From Escherichia coli (GTDB lineage: Bacteria; Pseudomonadota; Gammaproteobacteria; Enterobacterales; Enterobacteriaceae): 64,000 nt of DNA. Position 1 is the first letter of the stretch, and every line of letters starts with the position of its first letter. The translations under genes were made by a program, and so were the position numbers. This document shows, one piece after another, positions 49,382-63,065 of this stretch. The notes beneath the pieces are model-generated. The model saw only the letters and a list, made by a program, of their open reading frames with translations, was not told the origin of the DNA and made no database searches. The stretch is taken from assembly GCF_011045215.1 (NCBI RefSeq), contig NZ_CP049201.1, one strand, 5' to 3'.

Positions 49382-52042
49382 TCATGATTCCTCGCGTTGG
49401 GCAAGATTTAGCGTAAGCCCAACGATCCCCTCTTCGAGCTGGATATCAACGTTAAACCCGAGCTTGCGGGCCAGCGCCACCATGCCACGATTATTTGGCA
49501 TCGTAATACCATTCAGACGTTGTAGTCCGTGATCTCGCGTATAGGTAATCAACTTTTCCATTAAGCGTCGACCTAAGCCTAACCCTTTGAGATCCGAGCG
49601 AACCAGCACGGCAAATTCGGCATCGATGTTATCAGGGTCGGAGATCGCACGCGTGACGCCGAGGATCTCTTCCGTTTGATCAATGCGTCGTACCGCTACA
49701 AACGCCATTTCCCGATCGTAGTCGATCTGCGTCATGTTGGCTAAATCTTCATGGGTAAATTCGTTGATCTCGCTAAAGTAGCGGTAATAAAGATCTTCTT
49801 TGGTGACCCGCGAAATGAATTGCTGAAGTTGTGGCTCATCTTCTGGCAAAATCGGGCGGAACAAGCAGCGTTCACCGTTTTTCAATTCTACCCATTCTTC
49901 CAGCTGATGCGGATAAGGGCGCACTGCCAGCCGACTCTCGTTATCGCCTTCAAACGGCGCGATATCCAGCGTGACATCCAGCGCGGTAAATTCACTGCCA
50001 GAAGCCAGCAAAGGATGAATATCCAGACGCTGAATTTCCGGGCAATCGACAATCAAGTTGGAAACCTGCACCAGAAGCTGGCTCAAGCCTGCAACATCCA
50101 ATGGGCGTAGCGCACTGCGCGCACGAATCTTTTTACTTTTGATCCCTTGAATAACCAGATAGCGGGCCAGGTTCATGTTCAGCGGCGGCAGTGCGACGAC
50201 GGCTTGATCTTCAGGACGCCACTCCACACCGCCTTCACCCAGCATGATCAACGGCCCGAAAACCGGATCGTGCTCAACCACAACCCGCAACTCCTGAGCG
50301 CCAGCCCGGTTAGCCATACTTTGCACCAACAGGCCGTGGATCCGCGCCTGCGGCCATGCCATTTTTACGCGATCGAAAATAGCGTTTGCCGCTTGCTGGA
50401 CTTCATTGGCTGTACGCAGGTACAGCATGACGCCCTGAACTTCCGATTTATGTGGAATATCCGGCGAACGCAATTTCAGCGCCACCGGATAACCAATCTG
50501 TTCGGCAATATGCACCGCTTCGGTGCTATCACTGGCAATCCAGGTAGGGAGCGTGTTCATGCCATACGCTTGCAGGATGGGCTGAACTTCATGGGTATCG
50601 AGCGACGTAGCCCCTTCGGCAATCGCCTGTTGCAACAGAAGATGCGCTTTTGCGGTATTGGAAGTCAGATTGCTGGGCAACGCCGGCGTTTCGCGTAGTT
50701 GCTTCTGATTACGCCGGTACTCCACCATATGCATAAAAGCAGTGATGGTTCCTTCCGGGGTACGGTAGGTCGGCAGCCCGGCTTCGCTGAATAAACGTCG
50801 TGCCTCTTGCGAGGAGTGCTCGCCGCACCAGTTCGTCAGCAGAGAAACATACTTGCTGCGGGGATGATGCTTTACCGCTTCAATTAATGCTTGCGCACTT
50901 TCTGTTGCGGGAGCAGCGGCGCTGGGCGAATGAATAACCATCAGCGCATCAAAATCCTGGCTATGGAGCAGAATGTCCAGCGTTTTGACATAATGCTCGC
51001 TGCTGGCGTCATCGCGCAGATCGAGCGGGTTAGAGATTGCCACATGTCCTGGCAGTGCATCGCGCAGTTTCTGGCAGGTTTCTTCGCTTAGTGTTGCCAG
51101 CTTGCCATTGCGTGACCATAAGGCATCCAGCGCCAGCGCGGCAGGCGCAGCACCGTTGCTGATAATCATCAACCGGTCGCCACGCAGCGGGCGCATATGG
51201 CTAAGGGTTTCTACCGCCGAAAACAGTTCGTGGGTGTCCTGTACCCGCAACAAACCGGCACGCTGAATAGCCGCATCCCACGCCGGATCCATTCCTGCCG
51301 TGGTGTTCAACAGGCGTTGAGCCGCCGGGCTACGTCCGCTTTTAATCACCAGAATCGGTTTATTGCGCGAGGCACTACGGGCCGCCGAAACAAAGCGTCG
51401 CGCGTCGCTTAACTGTTCGAGATAGAGCAGGATGGCGCTGGTTTTACTGTCGCGCGCCAGATAGTCGAGCAATTCATCAACGTCGATATCCAGGCTGTCG
51501 CCGAGCGCAATAAAGTAGGAAAAGCCCATCTCACGCTGTTGCGCCCAGTCGAGGATGGTGTTGGAGACGGCAGCCGATTGCGAAATAAACGCCAGCTTGC
51601 CGCGTTTAATCGGCACAGGCGAAAAGCTGGCATTCAGACCTTGCCAGGGAGCCAGTAAACCCAGACTGTTTGGTCCAAGCAGGCGCATGTTATGGCGCAG
51701 GGCGCAGGCGCGGAGATCTTCGTGTTGCGATGCCGGGGCGGAAAGAATAATGCAGGTTTTACAGCCTTTCTCGCCGAGCTCTTCCAGAAGAGCAAGATTA
51801 CGGCTGGCATTGGTACATAAAACCGCAAGGTCGGGTGTAAAGGGCAAGCTGGCAATATCCGGCCAGGCCAACACACCCAACACCGCTTTCCAGGCTGGCG
51901 TCACCGGAAGTACCGGTCCGTTAAAGCCTCCCGCCAGCAGGTTACGCATCATCAGGTAACCTGCGCGATTGGGTTTCATCGACGCGCCAATTACCGCTAT
52001 CGATTTTGGTCGCAGTAGTGCTTCCAGTCCTCGCTGACTCAT
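49382..52042 (-). CDS. patZ: Protein lysine acetyltransferase PatZ/Pka (YfiQ)
   Basis: 886 aa, CoA-ligase-like N-terminal region plus C-terminal GNAT domain. Confidence 0.95.
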   Translation of the reverse strand: MSQRGLEALLRPKSIAVIGASMKPNRAGYLMMRNLLAGGFNGPVLPVTPAWKAVLGVLAWPDIASLPFTPDLAVLCTNASRNLALLEELGEKGCKTCIILSAPASQHEDLRACALRHNMRLLGPNSLGLLAPWQGLNASFSPVPIKRGKLAFISQSAAVSNTILDWAQQREMGFSYFIALGDSLDIDVDELLDYLARDSKTSAILLYLEQLSDARRFVSAARSASRNKPILVIKSGRSPAAQRLLNTTAGMDPAWDAAIQRAGLLRVQDTHELFSAVETLSHMRPLRGDRLMIISNGAAPAALALDALWSRNGKLATLSEETCQKLRDALPGHVAISNPLDLRDDASSEHYVKTLDILLHSQDFDALMVIHSPSAAAPATESAQALIEAVKHHPRSKYVSLLTNWCGEHSSQEARRLFSEAGLPTYRTPEGTITAFMHMVEYRRNQKQLRETPALPSNLTSNTAKAHLLLQQAIAEGATSLDTHEVQPILQAYGMNTLPTWIASDSTEAVHIAEQIGYPVALKLRSPDIPHKSEVQGVMLYLRTANEVQQAANAIFDRVKMAWPQARIHGLLVQSMANRAGAQELRVVVEHDPVFGPLIMLGEGGVEWRPEDQAVVALPPLNMNLARYLVIQGIKSKKIRARSALRPLDVAGLSQLLVQVSNLIVDCPEIQRLDIHPLLASGSEFTALDVTLDIAPFEGDNESRLAVRPYPHQLEEWVELKNGERCLFRPILPEDEPQLQQFISRVTKEDLYYRYFSEINEFTHEDLANMTQIDYDREMAFVAVRRIDQTEEILGVTRAISDPDNIDAEFAVLVRSDLKGLGLGRRLMEKLITYTRDHGLQRLNGITMPNNRGMVALARKLGFNVDIQLEEGIVGLTLNLAQREES

Positions 52043-52073
52043 ACCGGTCTCCCGCAGAAGTGACCGAATGATT

Positions 52074-52823
52074 TTAAACGCTTTCTAACTGTTCTGCTGT
52101 GATGCTACCCAGATGTTGCGTTTTTCCTGCCAGATAGCGTGTTTTAAAGCGGGTAAAATGCTCGCCTAACCCTGCTGCCGCCCCGGTATCGCCGGCCATA
52201 TCTAACAGTGCGATGGCTACCTCGGCAGTACAATATTGGCCTTCAGCCTGGGCTTCACGCAGGCGATAGGCAGAAAGCCGGGAAAGATCGACGGAAATGA
52301 CGGGAAGATTATCCAGATACGGACTTTTACGAAACATCTTGCGAGCTTCCGGCCAGGTACCATCGAGCATGATAAACAGCGGTGGCTTACCGGCAGGTGG
52401 TGTGAAGATCACTTCCCGTTGCTCATCAGCATACGAGGCGGGAAAGACCACCATTGGCTGATAATCCGGGTTTTGTACCAGATCCAGCAAATCCTGCGAG
52501 GGTTCGGTACGCGACCATTGAAACGCAACGGTATCAGGCAAAATATCAGCAATCAGACGCCCGGTATTACTGGGCTTCATTGGCTCGGTGTCGAACATCA
52601 GCAAACAGAAGCGACTTTTTGCTTGTGCTGGGGTAATTGTCGAACAGAGACATAATTTCTCTGGCAAAAGACAGCGTTGGCAGCGACGAACGCGATTACC
52701 GCGGGCAAGAAAAGGACGTGTTGCGCGCGCAATACGCTCGGCGCGTAACTGGAGAACAGCGTTTTCGGTCATAAGAGAGCGTCGAAAAAACGCCATTGTC
52801 GCAGAGGAGAAAACGGGGCACAA
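52074..52823 (-). CDS. yfiP: DTW-domain protein YfiP (tRNA aminocarboxypropyltransferase family)
   Basis: Cys-rich N-terminus (CxxC...CxC) and DTW motif (LFIMLDGTWPEARKMF); start codon uncertain. Confidence 0.8.
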   Translation of the reverse strand: MCPVFSSATMAFFRRSLMTENAVLQLRAERIARATRPFLARGNRVRRCQRCLLPEKLCLCSTITPAQAKSRFCLLMFDTEPMKPSNTGRLIADILPDTVAFQWSRTEPSQDLLDLVQNPDYQPMVVFPASYADEQREVIFTPPAGKPPLFIMLDGTWPEARKMFRKSPYLDNLPVISVDLSRLSAYRLREAQAEGQYCTAEVAIALLDMAGDTGAAAGLGEHFTRFKTRYLAGKTQHLGSITAEQLESV

Positions 52824-52840
52824 GATGCGCCCCGGTAAGA

Positions 52841-53260
52841 TTAAAGAGATTCGTTCAGCCAGCTATCGAACGGCGCTTTCGGTACTGCGCCATTAAGCAT
52901 GTCGACAACCTGACCGTTTTTGAAAATCATGATCGTCGGTATACTACGAATTCCAAAGCGACTGCTCAATTCACGTTCAGCTTCGGTATTCACTTTCACA
53001 AAGCGCACTTTACCGCTACGCTCTTGCGCGACATCTTCAAAAATTGGTGCGAAATTACGACAGGGGCCGCACCACGGTGCCCAGAAGTCGATCACCACTG
53101 GTAGATCATCTTTCAGCAATTTGTCGAGCGTTTCACCGGTCGCATTAATCACCTCTCCGTCAAACAAGTCGTGACCGCAGCGTCCGCATTTTGCCGCATC
53201 TTCGATCCGATCGTCGGGAATGCGATTGATGGCCTGACAATGGGTACAAACGGTATTCAT
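52841..53260 (-). CDS. trxC: Thioredoxin 2 (TrxC)
   Basis: 139 aa, N-terminal zinc-binding CxxC pairs plus WCGPC active site. Confidence 0.95.
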
Positions 53261-53466
53261 AACTAACCTCGGGATGAGTAAGGAGACTTATCGGCAACAA
53301 CGCCGGTATGTTTCTAATATGTTACATATTATCGGGGACATTGTTCCAGACAACAATCTGTTTTATTCAATAGGTATGATAGTCGCAGGCTTTGGTACGA
53401 AATCATGGCGAACCGCGCGGACTTCGGGTAATCTGCGCGCTTCGCGCAGCGCTGGTGGAGAAAAGC

Positions 53467-54504
53467 ATGAACGATGAAATGAAAGGTAAAAGCGGCAAGG
53501 TCAAAGTGATGTATGTCCGCAGTGATGATGATTCTGATAAACGTACCCACAACCCGCGTACCGGGAAAGGGGGCGGGCGTCCAGGAAAATCTCATGCTGA
53601 CGGTGGCCGTCGCCCCGCCCGCGATGACAAACAGAGTCAGCCCCGTGACCGCAAGTGGGAAGATTCGCCGTGGCGCACGGTTTCCCGCGCGCCGGGTGAT
53701 GAGACGCCGGAAAAGGCCGATCACGGTGGCATCAGTGGTAAAAGTTTTATTGATCCGGAAGTGTTGCGTCGTCAGCGTGCGGAAGAAACCCGCGTCTACG
53801 GCGAAAACGCCTGTCAGGCACTGTTCCAGAGCCGTCCGGAAGCGATTGTTCGCGCCTGGTTTATCCAGAGTGTAACGCCGCGTTTTAAAGAAGCCTTGCG
53901 CTGGATGGCAGCAAACCGCAAAGCGTACCATGTGGTAGATGAAGCGGAATTGACAAAAGCGTCAGGCACGGAACATCACGGTGGCGTTTGCTTCCTGATC
54001 AAAAAGCGTAATGGCACAACCGTGCAGCAGTGGGTAAGCCAGGCAGGCGCGCAGGATTGTGTTCTGGCACTGGAAAACGAATCTAACCCGCATAACCTGG
54101 GTGGCATGATGCGCAGCTGCGCGCACTTCGACGTGAAAGGCGTTGTGGTGCAGGATGCGGCACTGCTGGAGTCGGGTGCGGCTATCCGTACCGCAGAAGG
54201 CGGCGCAGAGCACGTTCAGCCGATTACTGGCGACAACATTGTTAACGTGCTGGATGATTTCCGTCAGGCGGGTTACACCGTAGTGACAACTTCCAGCGAG
54301 CAGGGGAAACCGCTGTTCAAAACCAGTCTGCCAGCGAAAATGGTACTGGTGCTGGGTCAGGAATATGAAGGGTTACCGGATGCCGCACGCGATCCGAACG
54401 ATCTGCGCGTGAAGATTGATGGTACTGGCAACGTTGCCGGGCTGAATATCTCTGTCGCAACCGGCGTTCTTCTTGGCGAATGGTGGCGTCAGAATAAAGC
54501 CTGA
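53467..54504 (+). CDS. yfiF: SpoU/TrmH-family RNA methyltransferase YfiF
   Basis: [22 protein letters not shown]... Arg/Lys-rich N-terminus plus SpoU methylase domain. Confidence 0.9.
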   Translation: MNDEMKGKSGKVKVMYVRSDDDSDKRTHNPRTGKGGGRPGKSHADGGRRPARDDKQSQPRDRKWEDSPWRTVSRAPGDETPEKADHGGISGKSFIDPEVLRRQRAEETRVYGENACQALFQSRPEAIVRAWFIQSVTPRFKEALRWMAANRKAYHVVDEAELTKASGTEHHGGVCFLIKKRNGTTVQQWVSQAGAQDCVLALENESNPHNLGGMMRSCAHFDVKGVVVQDAALLESGAAIRTAEGGAEHVQPITGDNIVNVLDDFRQAGYTVVTTSSEQGKPLFKTSLPAKMVLVLGQEYEGLPDAARDPNDLRVKIDGTGNVAGLNISVATGVLLGEWWRQNKA

Positions 54505-54551
54505 TAAATCAGCCGGGTGGCAACTCTGCCATCCGGCATTTTCCCGCAAAT

Positions 54552-55241
54552 TTACTCACTCTCTGCCGGTAATACTGGCATCCAGTCAATCGGCGTCTCG
54601 CCATGTTGTTCCAGCCACTGATTTGCCAGCACAAAATGGTTGCAGCCAAAGAATCCACGATGAGCCGAAAGCGGCGACGGATGCGGTGCTTTCAGTACAT
54701 GATGGCGTTGCTTATCTATAATCGCCCCTTTCTTTTGCGCATGCGATCCCCACAACAAAAACACCACGCCTTCGCGATGCTGGTTAATCAGGCTGATCAC
54801 TTTATCGGTGAAGGTTTCCCAGCCGAGGCTGGCGTGGGAATGCGCCTGACCTGCGCGTACCGTCAACACAGTATTGAGTAGCAGAACGCCCTGACGCGCC
54901 CAGCTTTCAAGATAACCATGATTAGGGCGGGTGAAGCCCGGAATAGTATTTTCCAGCTCTTTATACATATTCAGCAGTGACGGAGGAGTGGCGATTCCGG
55001 GGCGAACGGAAAATGCCAACCCATGCGCCTGTCCCGGTCCGTGATAAGGATCCTGGCCGAGAATCACCACTTTAACGTCACCCAACTCGGTAAAGCGGAA
55101 CGCGTTAAAGACATCTTTTTGTGGTGGATAGATAGTGACGCCGGACTGCCGCTCGCTGGCGACGGTCTGAAGGGTATTAAGAAAATAGGGTTGCTGCTTC
55201 TCTTCAGCCAGCACGTCATGCCAGGTTAATTCGTTAGCCAT
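54552..55241 (-). CDS. ung: Uracil-DNA glycosylase
   Basis: 229 aa, matches Ung ([13 protein letters not shown] motif). Confidence 0.95.
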   Translation of the reverse strand: MANELTWHDVLAEEKQQPYFLNTLQTVASERQSGVTIYPPQKDVFNAFRFTELGDVKVVILGQDPYHGPGQAHGLAFSVRPGIATPPSLLNMYKELENTIPGFTRPNHGYLESWARQGVLLLNTVLTVRAGQAHSHASLGWETFTDKVISLINQHREGVVFLLWGSHAQKKGAIIDKQRHHVLKAPHPSPLSAHRGFFGCNHFVLANQWLEQHGETPIDWMPVLPAESE

Positions 55242-55545
55242 CTCGCTCTCCTGCGAATCTTCAATCCGCCTAGCTTAACTGCTTCTTTCTACAGAACAAA
55301 ATCATGCTCATTTTTTAGACTTAAACGAGTGCAAAAAAATGTAAATTGGTAAAATTTCACACCCGCATAAGTTGATGTAAAACAATAAAATCCATTTGCG
55401 ACCACACTTGATGTGTGGTTTTTGTTGATTTAAATCAAAGATTCAAGGGTGTTTGAGGAGTATATATACACTCAAGCAACAATGGTTTTACCAATTGGCC
55501 GCGACAGGCTGAACAAATCAAATAATTTTGCCGGGGAGGCATCAC

Positions 55546-55929
55546 ATGATTACAGGTATCCAGATTACTAAAGCCGCTAACGACGATCTGCTGAACTCTT
55601 TCTGGCTGCTGGACAGCGAAAAAGGCGAAGCGCGTTGCATCGTTGCGAAAGCAGGTTATGCAGAAGACGAAGTGGTTGCAGTAAGCAAACTGGGTGACAT
55701 TGAGTACCGTGAAGTTCCAGTAGAAGTGAAACCAGAAGTTCGCGTTGAAGGTGGTCAGCACCTGAACGTTAACGTTCTGCGTCGTGAAACTCTGGAAGAT
55801 GCAGTTAAGCATCCGGAAAAATATCCGCAGCTGACCATCCGTGTATCCGGTTATGCAGTTCGCTTTAACTCTCTGACTCCGGAACAGCAGCGCGACGTTA
55901 TCGCTCGTACCTTTACTGAAAGCCTGTAA
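55546..55929 (+). CDS. grcA: Autonomous glycyl radical cofactor GrcA (YfiD)
   Basis: [23 protein letters not shown]... 127 aa with glycyl-radical motif RVSGYAV. Confidence 0.95.
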
Positions 55930-55951
55930 GGCTTAAGTAGCAAGTTACTAA

Positions 55952-55982
55952 GCGGAAGAGGGCGACCTCTTCCGCTTTTTTT
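55952..55982 (+). terminator. Rho-independent terminator after grcA
   Basis: gcggaagagggcgacctcttccgc hairpin followed by a T8 run. Confidence 0.75.
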
Positions 55983-55984
55983 CA

Positions 55985-56572
55985 TTAATAGAAAATGCGT
56001 ACCGCGCAATAGATCAGCAGCAGCGCCAGCACGATATTTAACTGGCGACCATACTGGCGAAACAATCGCTGAAACAGATGCCCCGCCAGCGCCCAGCACA
56101 CATTACCAAACGTCCCAATCATTGCCAGCAAAACGCTGACGCCAACTATCCAGCTTAACGCCTGTGTTTGCGGCAGAACAAATGTCGACAGTGCCGTAAC
56201 ACCGTACAAAATGATTTTGACGTTCACAAACTGCAAAGCAAAGCTGGCCCAAAAACTGATTGGTTTTGTCTGAAGCCCGTCTTCCTTTGTTGGACTGGTA
56301 GCGATTTTCCACGCCAGCCAGACAATATATGCCGCCCCCGCCCAACTCAACAGATGCACAGCTGCCGGGTCGATAACAGCCAGTGAAAACGAAATGCCCG
56401 CACACAGCAACATGACGATTAAAAATCCCAGACTCATCCCTGCCAGCACGCGGGTACTCTGACGAAATCCGTGCGTTGTGGCTGAGCTAAGGGCGAGAAT
56501 ATTGTTCGGTCCTGGCGTCATGGCGGTAATCAGGGTGTAAGTCCAAAAAGCACTTAAAAGGGTCGGTGTCAC
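55985..56572 (-). CDS. eamB: Cysteine/O-acetylserine exporter EamB (YfiK), LysE family
   Basis: 195-aa membrane protein, matches YfiK. Confidence 0.9.
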   Translation of the reverse strand: MTPTLLSAFWTYTLITAMTPGPNNILALSSATTHGFRQSTRVLAGMSLGFLIVMLLCAGISFSLAVIDPAAVHLLSWAGAAYIVWLAWKIATSPTKEDGLQTKPISFWASFALQFVNVKIILYGVTALSTFVLPQTQALSWIVGVSVLLAMIGTFGNVCWALAGHLFQRLFRQYGRQLNIVLALLLIYCAVRIFY

Positions 56573-56674
56573 TTGTTATCTCCTCTGTTTTGGTAGACAG
56601 TACCCGACATGAAACATTTAAAAAAATGAATGTTTTTACATTATGAATTCGATAATTTCGATAGGTTTGGATTT

Positions 56675-57556
56675 ATGGATCTGCGCCGTTTTATTACGCT
56701 AAAAACCGTGGTGGAAGAGGGTTCTTTTCTGCGTGCTTCGCAAAAATTGTGCTGCACACAATCGACGGTGACTTTTCATATTCAGCAGCTTGAGCAGGAG
56801 TTCTCGGTACAGTTGTTTGAGAAAATTGGTCGACGGATGTGCCTCACTCGCGAAGGAAAAAAGCTGCTGCCGCACATCTATGAACTTACCAGAGTGATGG
56901 ATACGCTTCGTGAGGCGGCAAAAAAAGAGTTGGATCCGGACGGGGAGCTGCGCGTTGTTTCGGGCGAAACGCTGCTCTCTTACCGTATGCCGCAGGTGTT
57001 ACAGCGTTTTCGACAACGGGCGCCAAAAGTGCGTTTATCACTGCAATCGCTCAACTGTTACGTGATCCGGGACGCATTGCTGAATGATGACGCCGATGTT
57101 GGCATTTTCTATCGCGTCGGAAATGATGACGCGCTCAACAGACGTGAGTTGGGTGAACAATCGCTGGTACTGGTGGCTTCTCCACATATTGAAAATGTCG
57201 ATTTTACGCAGCCTGGCAGGCATAACGCCTGCAGTTTTATCATCAATGAGCCGCAATGTGTCTTCCGTCAAATCTTTGAGAGCACGCTGCGCCAGCGGCG
57301 GATCACAGTGGAAAGCACCATTGAGCTGTTAAGCATTGAAAGTATTAAACGCTGTGTCGCGGCAAATATCGGTGTCAGCTACCTGCCGCGCTTTGCAGTG
57401 GAAAAAGAGCTTGAGAGCGGGGAACTGGTTGAACTGCCCTTTGGCGAACAGCCGCAGGCTATTACGGCAATGTGCGCACACCATGCTGGAAAAGCGGTTA
57501 GCCCGGCGATGCACACTTTTATTCAGTGTGTTGAAGAGTGTTTTGTGCCTGCATAA
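56675..57556 (+). CDS. yfiE: LysR-family transcriptional regulator YfiE
   Basis: MDLRRFITLKTVVEEGSFLRASQKL... HTH plus LysR substrate-binding domain; start is the internal ATG of ORF 56630..57556. Confidence 0.8.
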   Translation: MDLRRFITLKTVVEEGSFLRASQKLCCTQSTVTFHIQQLEQEFSVQLFEKIGRRMCLTREGKKLLPHIYELTRVMDTLREAAKKELDPDGELRVVSGETLLSYRMPQVLQRFRQRAPKVRLSLQSLNCYVIRDALLNDDADVGIFYRVGNDDALNRRELGEQSLVLVASPHIENVDFTQPGRHNACSFIINEPQCVFRQIFESTLRQRRITVESTIELLSIESIKRCVAANIGVSYLPRFAVEKELESGELVELPFGEQPQAITAMCAHHAGKAVSPAMHTFIQCVEECFVPA

Positions 57557-57588
57557 AAGCAATGCCGGGCTTAAACCCGGCATTATGA

Positions 57589-58923
57589 TTACTCTTCTGT
57601 CGTTTGCGGTGGCACGCCCGTTCCGCTTGGTTTACGGCGCTTACCAATATTTTTGGTATCGCGATGGCGTTTTTTCACCCGCGGCTTCTCTTTCTCTTTA
57701 GCTTTTTTCTTCTCGGCGCGTTTTGCCAGTACTTTCTTCGATGGCTTGCCGGTCTGCTTCTCGCTTGGTGCACGCGTTTTCGGGCGTAACTCATCAATTA
57801 CGCGAGCTTTAATTGGCTCTTCAATATAGCGACCAACTTTGCCCAGCAGCAGATGGTCATGGGCTTCTACCAGCGAAATTGCGGTGCCTTTACGACCGGC
57901 GCGCGCGGTACGTCCGATACGGTGCAAATAAGTATCGCCACTGCGCGGCATATCGAAGTTAAAGACGTGGCTGACGTCAGGAATGTCGATACCGCGCGCA
58001 GCAACATCGGTTGCAACCAGTACGTTTACGCGACCTTCGGTCAAACGTTTGATCGCTTCGTTACGCTTGCCCTGTACCATCTCACCTTCGAGATAGCAGT
58101 TGTTGATGCCCGCTTCGCGCAGCCAGTTTGCCAGCTCATGCACACGCTCACGCTTACGCACAAACACAATTGAGCGGGTCGCTTCCGGCTGTTTTAACAG
58201 ATGCACCAGCAATGCGGTTTTATGTTCCAGGTCATCGGCGCGGTAATACCACTGATGAATTTTTTTGCGCTCACGGGTGGACGGATTGGCAGAAACCTCC
58301 ACCGGATCTTCCAGCAGACGCTCGGCAAAGTCCTGAATCGCATCGCCTTCCAGAGTTGCCGAAAAGAGCAGGGTCTGTTTACGCCAGCGCGTTTCGCCAG
58401 CAATATGTTCGATATCCTGAGCGAAGCCCATATCCAGCATACGGTCTGCTTCGTCGAGGATCAGCGTTTCAACCGCGCGGCAATCGAAGTTCTCTTCTTT
58501 TATGTATTGCAGCAGACGTCCGGTCGTGGCGACCACGATGTCCTGATTTTCGCTGAACACTTCCGCGTGGTTCATATAGGCTACGCCGCCGGTGATGGTG
58601 GCGATATCCAGATGCGTATGTTTCGCCAGTTCGCGGGCATGATCGGCCACCTGCATCGCCAGCTCGCGAGTTGGGGTGAGGATCAAAATACGCGGCGGAC
58701 CGGATTTCTTACGCGGGAAATCGAGCAGGTGCTGCAACGCTGGCAGCAGATACGCCGCCGTTTTACCGGTGCCTGTCGGCGCAGAACCGAGTACATCACG
58801 GCCATCGAGCGCAGGCGGAATGGCGGCAGCCTGAATGGCGGTCGGGCGAGTGAAACCTTTATCCTGGAGGGCTTCCAGCAGGCTTTCGTCGAGTTCAAGT
58901 TCGGAAAAAGTCGTTACAGTCAT
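57589..58923 (-). CDS. srmB: ATP-dependent RNA helicase SrmB (DEAD-box)
   Basis: 444 aa, motifs AxxGTGKT, DEAD ([11 protein letters not shown]), [13 protein letters not shown]. Confidence 0.95.
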   Translation of the reverse strand: MTVTTFSELELDESLLEALQDKGFTRPTAIQAAAIPPALDGRDVLGSAPTGTGKTAAYLLPALQHLLDFPRKKSGPPRILILTPTRELAMQVADHARELAKHTHLDIATITGGVAYMNHAEVFSENQDIVVATTGRLLQYIKEENFDCRAVETLILDEADRMLDMGFAQDIEHIAGETRWRKQTLLFSATLEGDAIQDFAERLLEDPVEVSANPSTRERKKIHQWYYRADDLEHKTALLVHLLKQPEATRSIVFVRKRERVHELANWLREAGINNCYLEGEMVQGKRNEAIKRLTEGRVNVLVATDVAARGIDIPDVSHVFNFDMPRSGDTYLHRIGRTARAGRKGTAISLVEAHDHLLLGKVGRYIEEPIKARVIDELRPKTRAPSEKQTGKPSKKVLAKRAEKKKAKEKEKPRVKKRHRDTKNIGKRRKPSGTGVPPQTTEE

Positions 58924-59054
58924 GTTCTACCTCTGTGTGGGGCGCTGATTATAGACGTTACGGCTGCAATCTTCATCTGTTTGTATGGATATCGCTTCTC
59001 GGGTATTGTTCTCACCCGGTGCTATCGCCGTTTTTCCTGCAAGGTTTTATTTTC

Positions 59055-61408
<2,354 letters not shown>

Positions 61409-61695
61409 TTAATTTACTAAACACGGTTTGGTCAGCATAGCATCATGTTGTGCGAATAAACACCTGCTATTTTAATATTTGTTACAGTGGCTAAACACGC
61501 TGACGCAGGGCGGCGAGAAAAAGAGAAGTTACTGGCTGGTGGAGGATTAGGTGGTGAAATAAAAAGGCCGTTGGGTTACTCTTCAGGCAGTTAAATGGGC
61601 ATTTCTACACAGATAATGCGATGTTCAGATTCTGTAGACTTATAATGATAGATAATGATCCGTCTACAGCATGACAAACAAAAACAGATGCGTTA

Positions 61696-61723
61696 CGGAA
61701 CTTTACAAAAACGAGACACTCTA
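61696..61723 (+). promoter_or_regulatory. Sigma-E dependent promoter (rpoE P2-like)
   Basis: ggaactt (61696-61702), 16-nt spacer, tctaa (61719-61723) fits the sigma-E consensus GGAACTT-N16-TCnAA. Confidence 0.7.
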
Positions 61724-61806
61724 ACCCTTTGCTTGCTCAAATTGCAGCTAATGGAGTGGCGTTTCGATAGCGCGTGGAAATTTGGTTTGGGGAGACTTTA
61801 CCTCGG

Positions 61807-62382
61807 ATGAGCGAGCAGTTAACGGACCAGGTCCTGGTTGAACGGGTCCAGAAGGGAGATCAGAAAGCCTTTAACTTACTGGTAGTGCGCTATCAGCATA
61901 AAGTGGCGAGTCTGGTTTCCCGCTATGTGCCGTCGGGTGATGTTCCCGATGTGGTACAAGAAGCTTTTATTAAAGCCTATCGTGCGCTGGATTCGTTCCG
62001 GGGAGATAGCGCTTTTTATACATGGCTGTATCGGATTGCTGTAAATACAGCGAAAAATTACCTGGTTGCTCAGGGGCGTCGTCCACCTTCCAGTGATGTG
62101 GATGCCATTGAAGCTGAAAACTTCGAAAGTGGCGGCGCGTTGAAAGAAATTTCGAACCCTGAGAACTTAATGTTGTCAGAAGAACTGAGACAGATAGTTT
62201 TCCGAACTATTGAGTCCCTCCCGGAAGATTTACGCATGGCAATAACCTTGCGGGAGCTGGATGGCCTGAGCTATGAAGAGATAGCCGCTATCATGGATTG
62301 TCCGGTAGGTACGGTGCGTTCACGTATCTTCCGAGCGAGGGAAGCTATTGATAACAAAGTTCAACCGCTTATCAGGCGTTGA
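61807..62382 (+). CDS. rpoE: RNA polymerase sigma-E factor RpoE
   Basis: MSEQLTDQVLVERVQKGDQKAFNLLVVRYQHKV... 191 aa. Confidence 0.95.
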   Translation: MSEQLTDQVLVERVQKGDQKAFNLLVVRYQHKVASLVSRYVPSGDVPDVVQEAFIKAYRALDSFRGDSAFYTWLYRIAVNTAKNYLVAQGRRPPSSDVDAIEAENFESGGALKEISNPENLMLSEELRQIVFRTIESLPEDLRMAITLRELDGLSYEEIAAIMDCPVGTVRSRIFRAREAIDNKVQPLIRR

Positions 62383-62414
62383 CGATAGCGGGATACTGGA
62401 TAAGGGTATTAGGC

Positions 62415-63065
62415 ATGCAGAAAGAACAACTTTCCGCTTTAATGGATGGCGAAACGCTGGATAGTGAGCTGCTTAACGAACTGGCTCATAACCCAGAAAT
62501 GCAGAAAACCTGGGAAAGCTATCACTTAATCCGTGACTCAATGCGGGGTGATACTCCCGAGGTGCTCCATTTCGATATCTCTTCACGCGTGATGGCCGCC
62601 ATTGAAGAAGAGCCAGTACGTCAACCGGCGACATTGATCCCGGAAGCCCAGCCTGCGCCGCATCAATGGCAGAAAATGCCATTCTGGCAGAAAGTACGTC
62701 CGTGGGCGGCACAGCTTACCCAAATGGGCGTAGCCGCATGCGTATCGCTTGCAGTTATCGTTGGCGTCCAGCACTATAATGGACAATCTGAAACGTCCCA
62801 GCAGCCCGAAACGCCGGTATTTAATACACTGCCGATGATGGGTAAAGCCAGCCCGGTTAGCCTGGGAGTACCTTCTGAAGCGACCGCAAATAATGGTCAA
62901 CAGCAGCAGGTACAGGAGCAGCGTCGTCGCATTAATGCAATGTTGCAGGATTACGAACTGCAACGCCGACTCCACTCTGAACAGCTTCAGTTTGAGCAGG
63001 CGCAAACCCAGCAAGCCGCTGTACAGGTGCCAGGAATTCAAACTTTAGGAACGCAATCGCAGTAA
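62415..63065 (+). CDS. rseA: Anti-sigma-E factor RseA
   Basis: MQKEQLSALMDGETLDSELLNELAHNPEMQKTWESYHLIRD... 216 aa. Confidence 0.95.
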   Translation: MQKEQLSALMDGETLDSELLNELAHNPEMQKTWESYHLIRDSMRGDTPEVLHFDISSRVMAAIEEEPVRQPATLIPEAQPAPHQWQKMPFWQKVRPWAAQLTQMGVAACVSLAVIVGVQHYNGQSETSQQPETPVFNTLPMMGKASPVSLGVPSEATANNGQQQQVQEQRRRINAMLQDYELQRRLHSEQLQFEQAQTQQAAVQVPGIQTLGTQSQ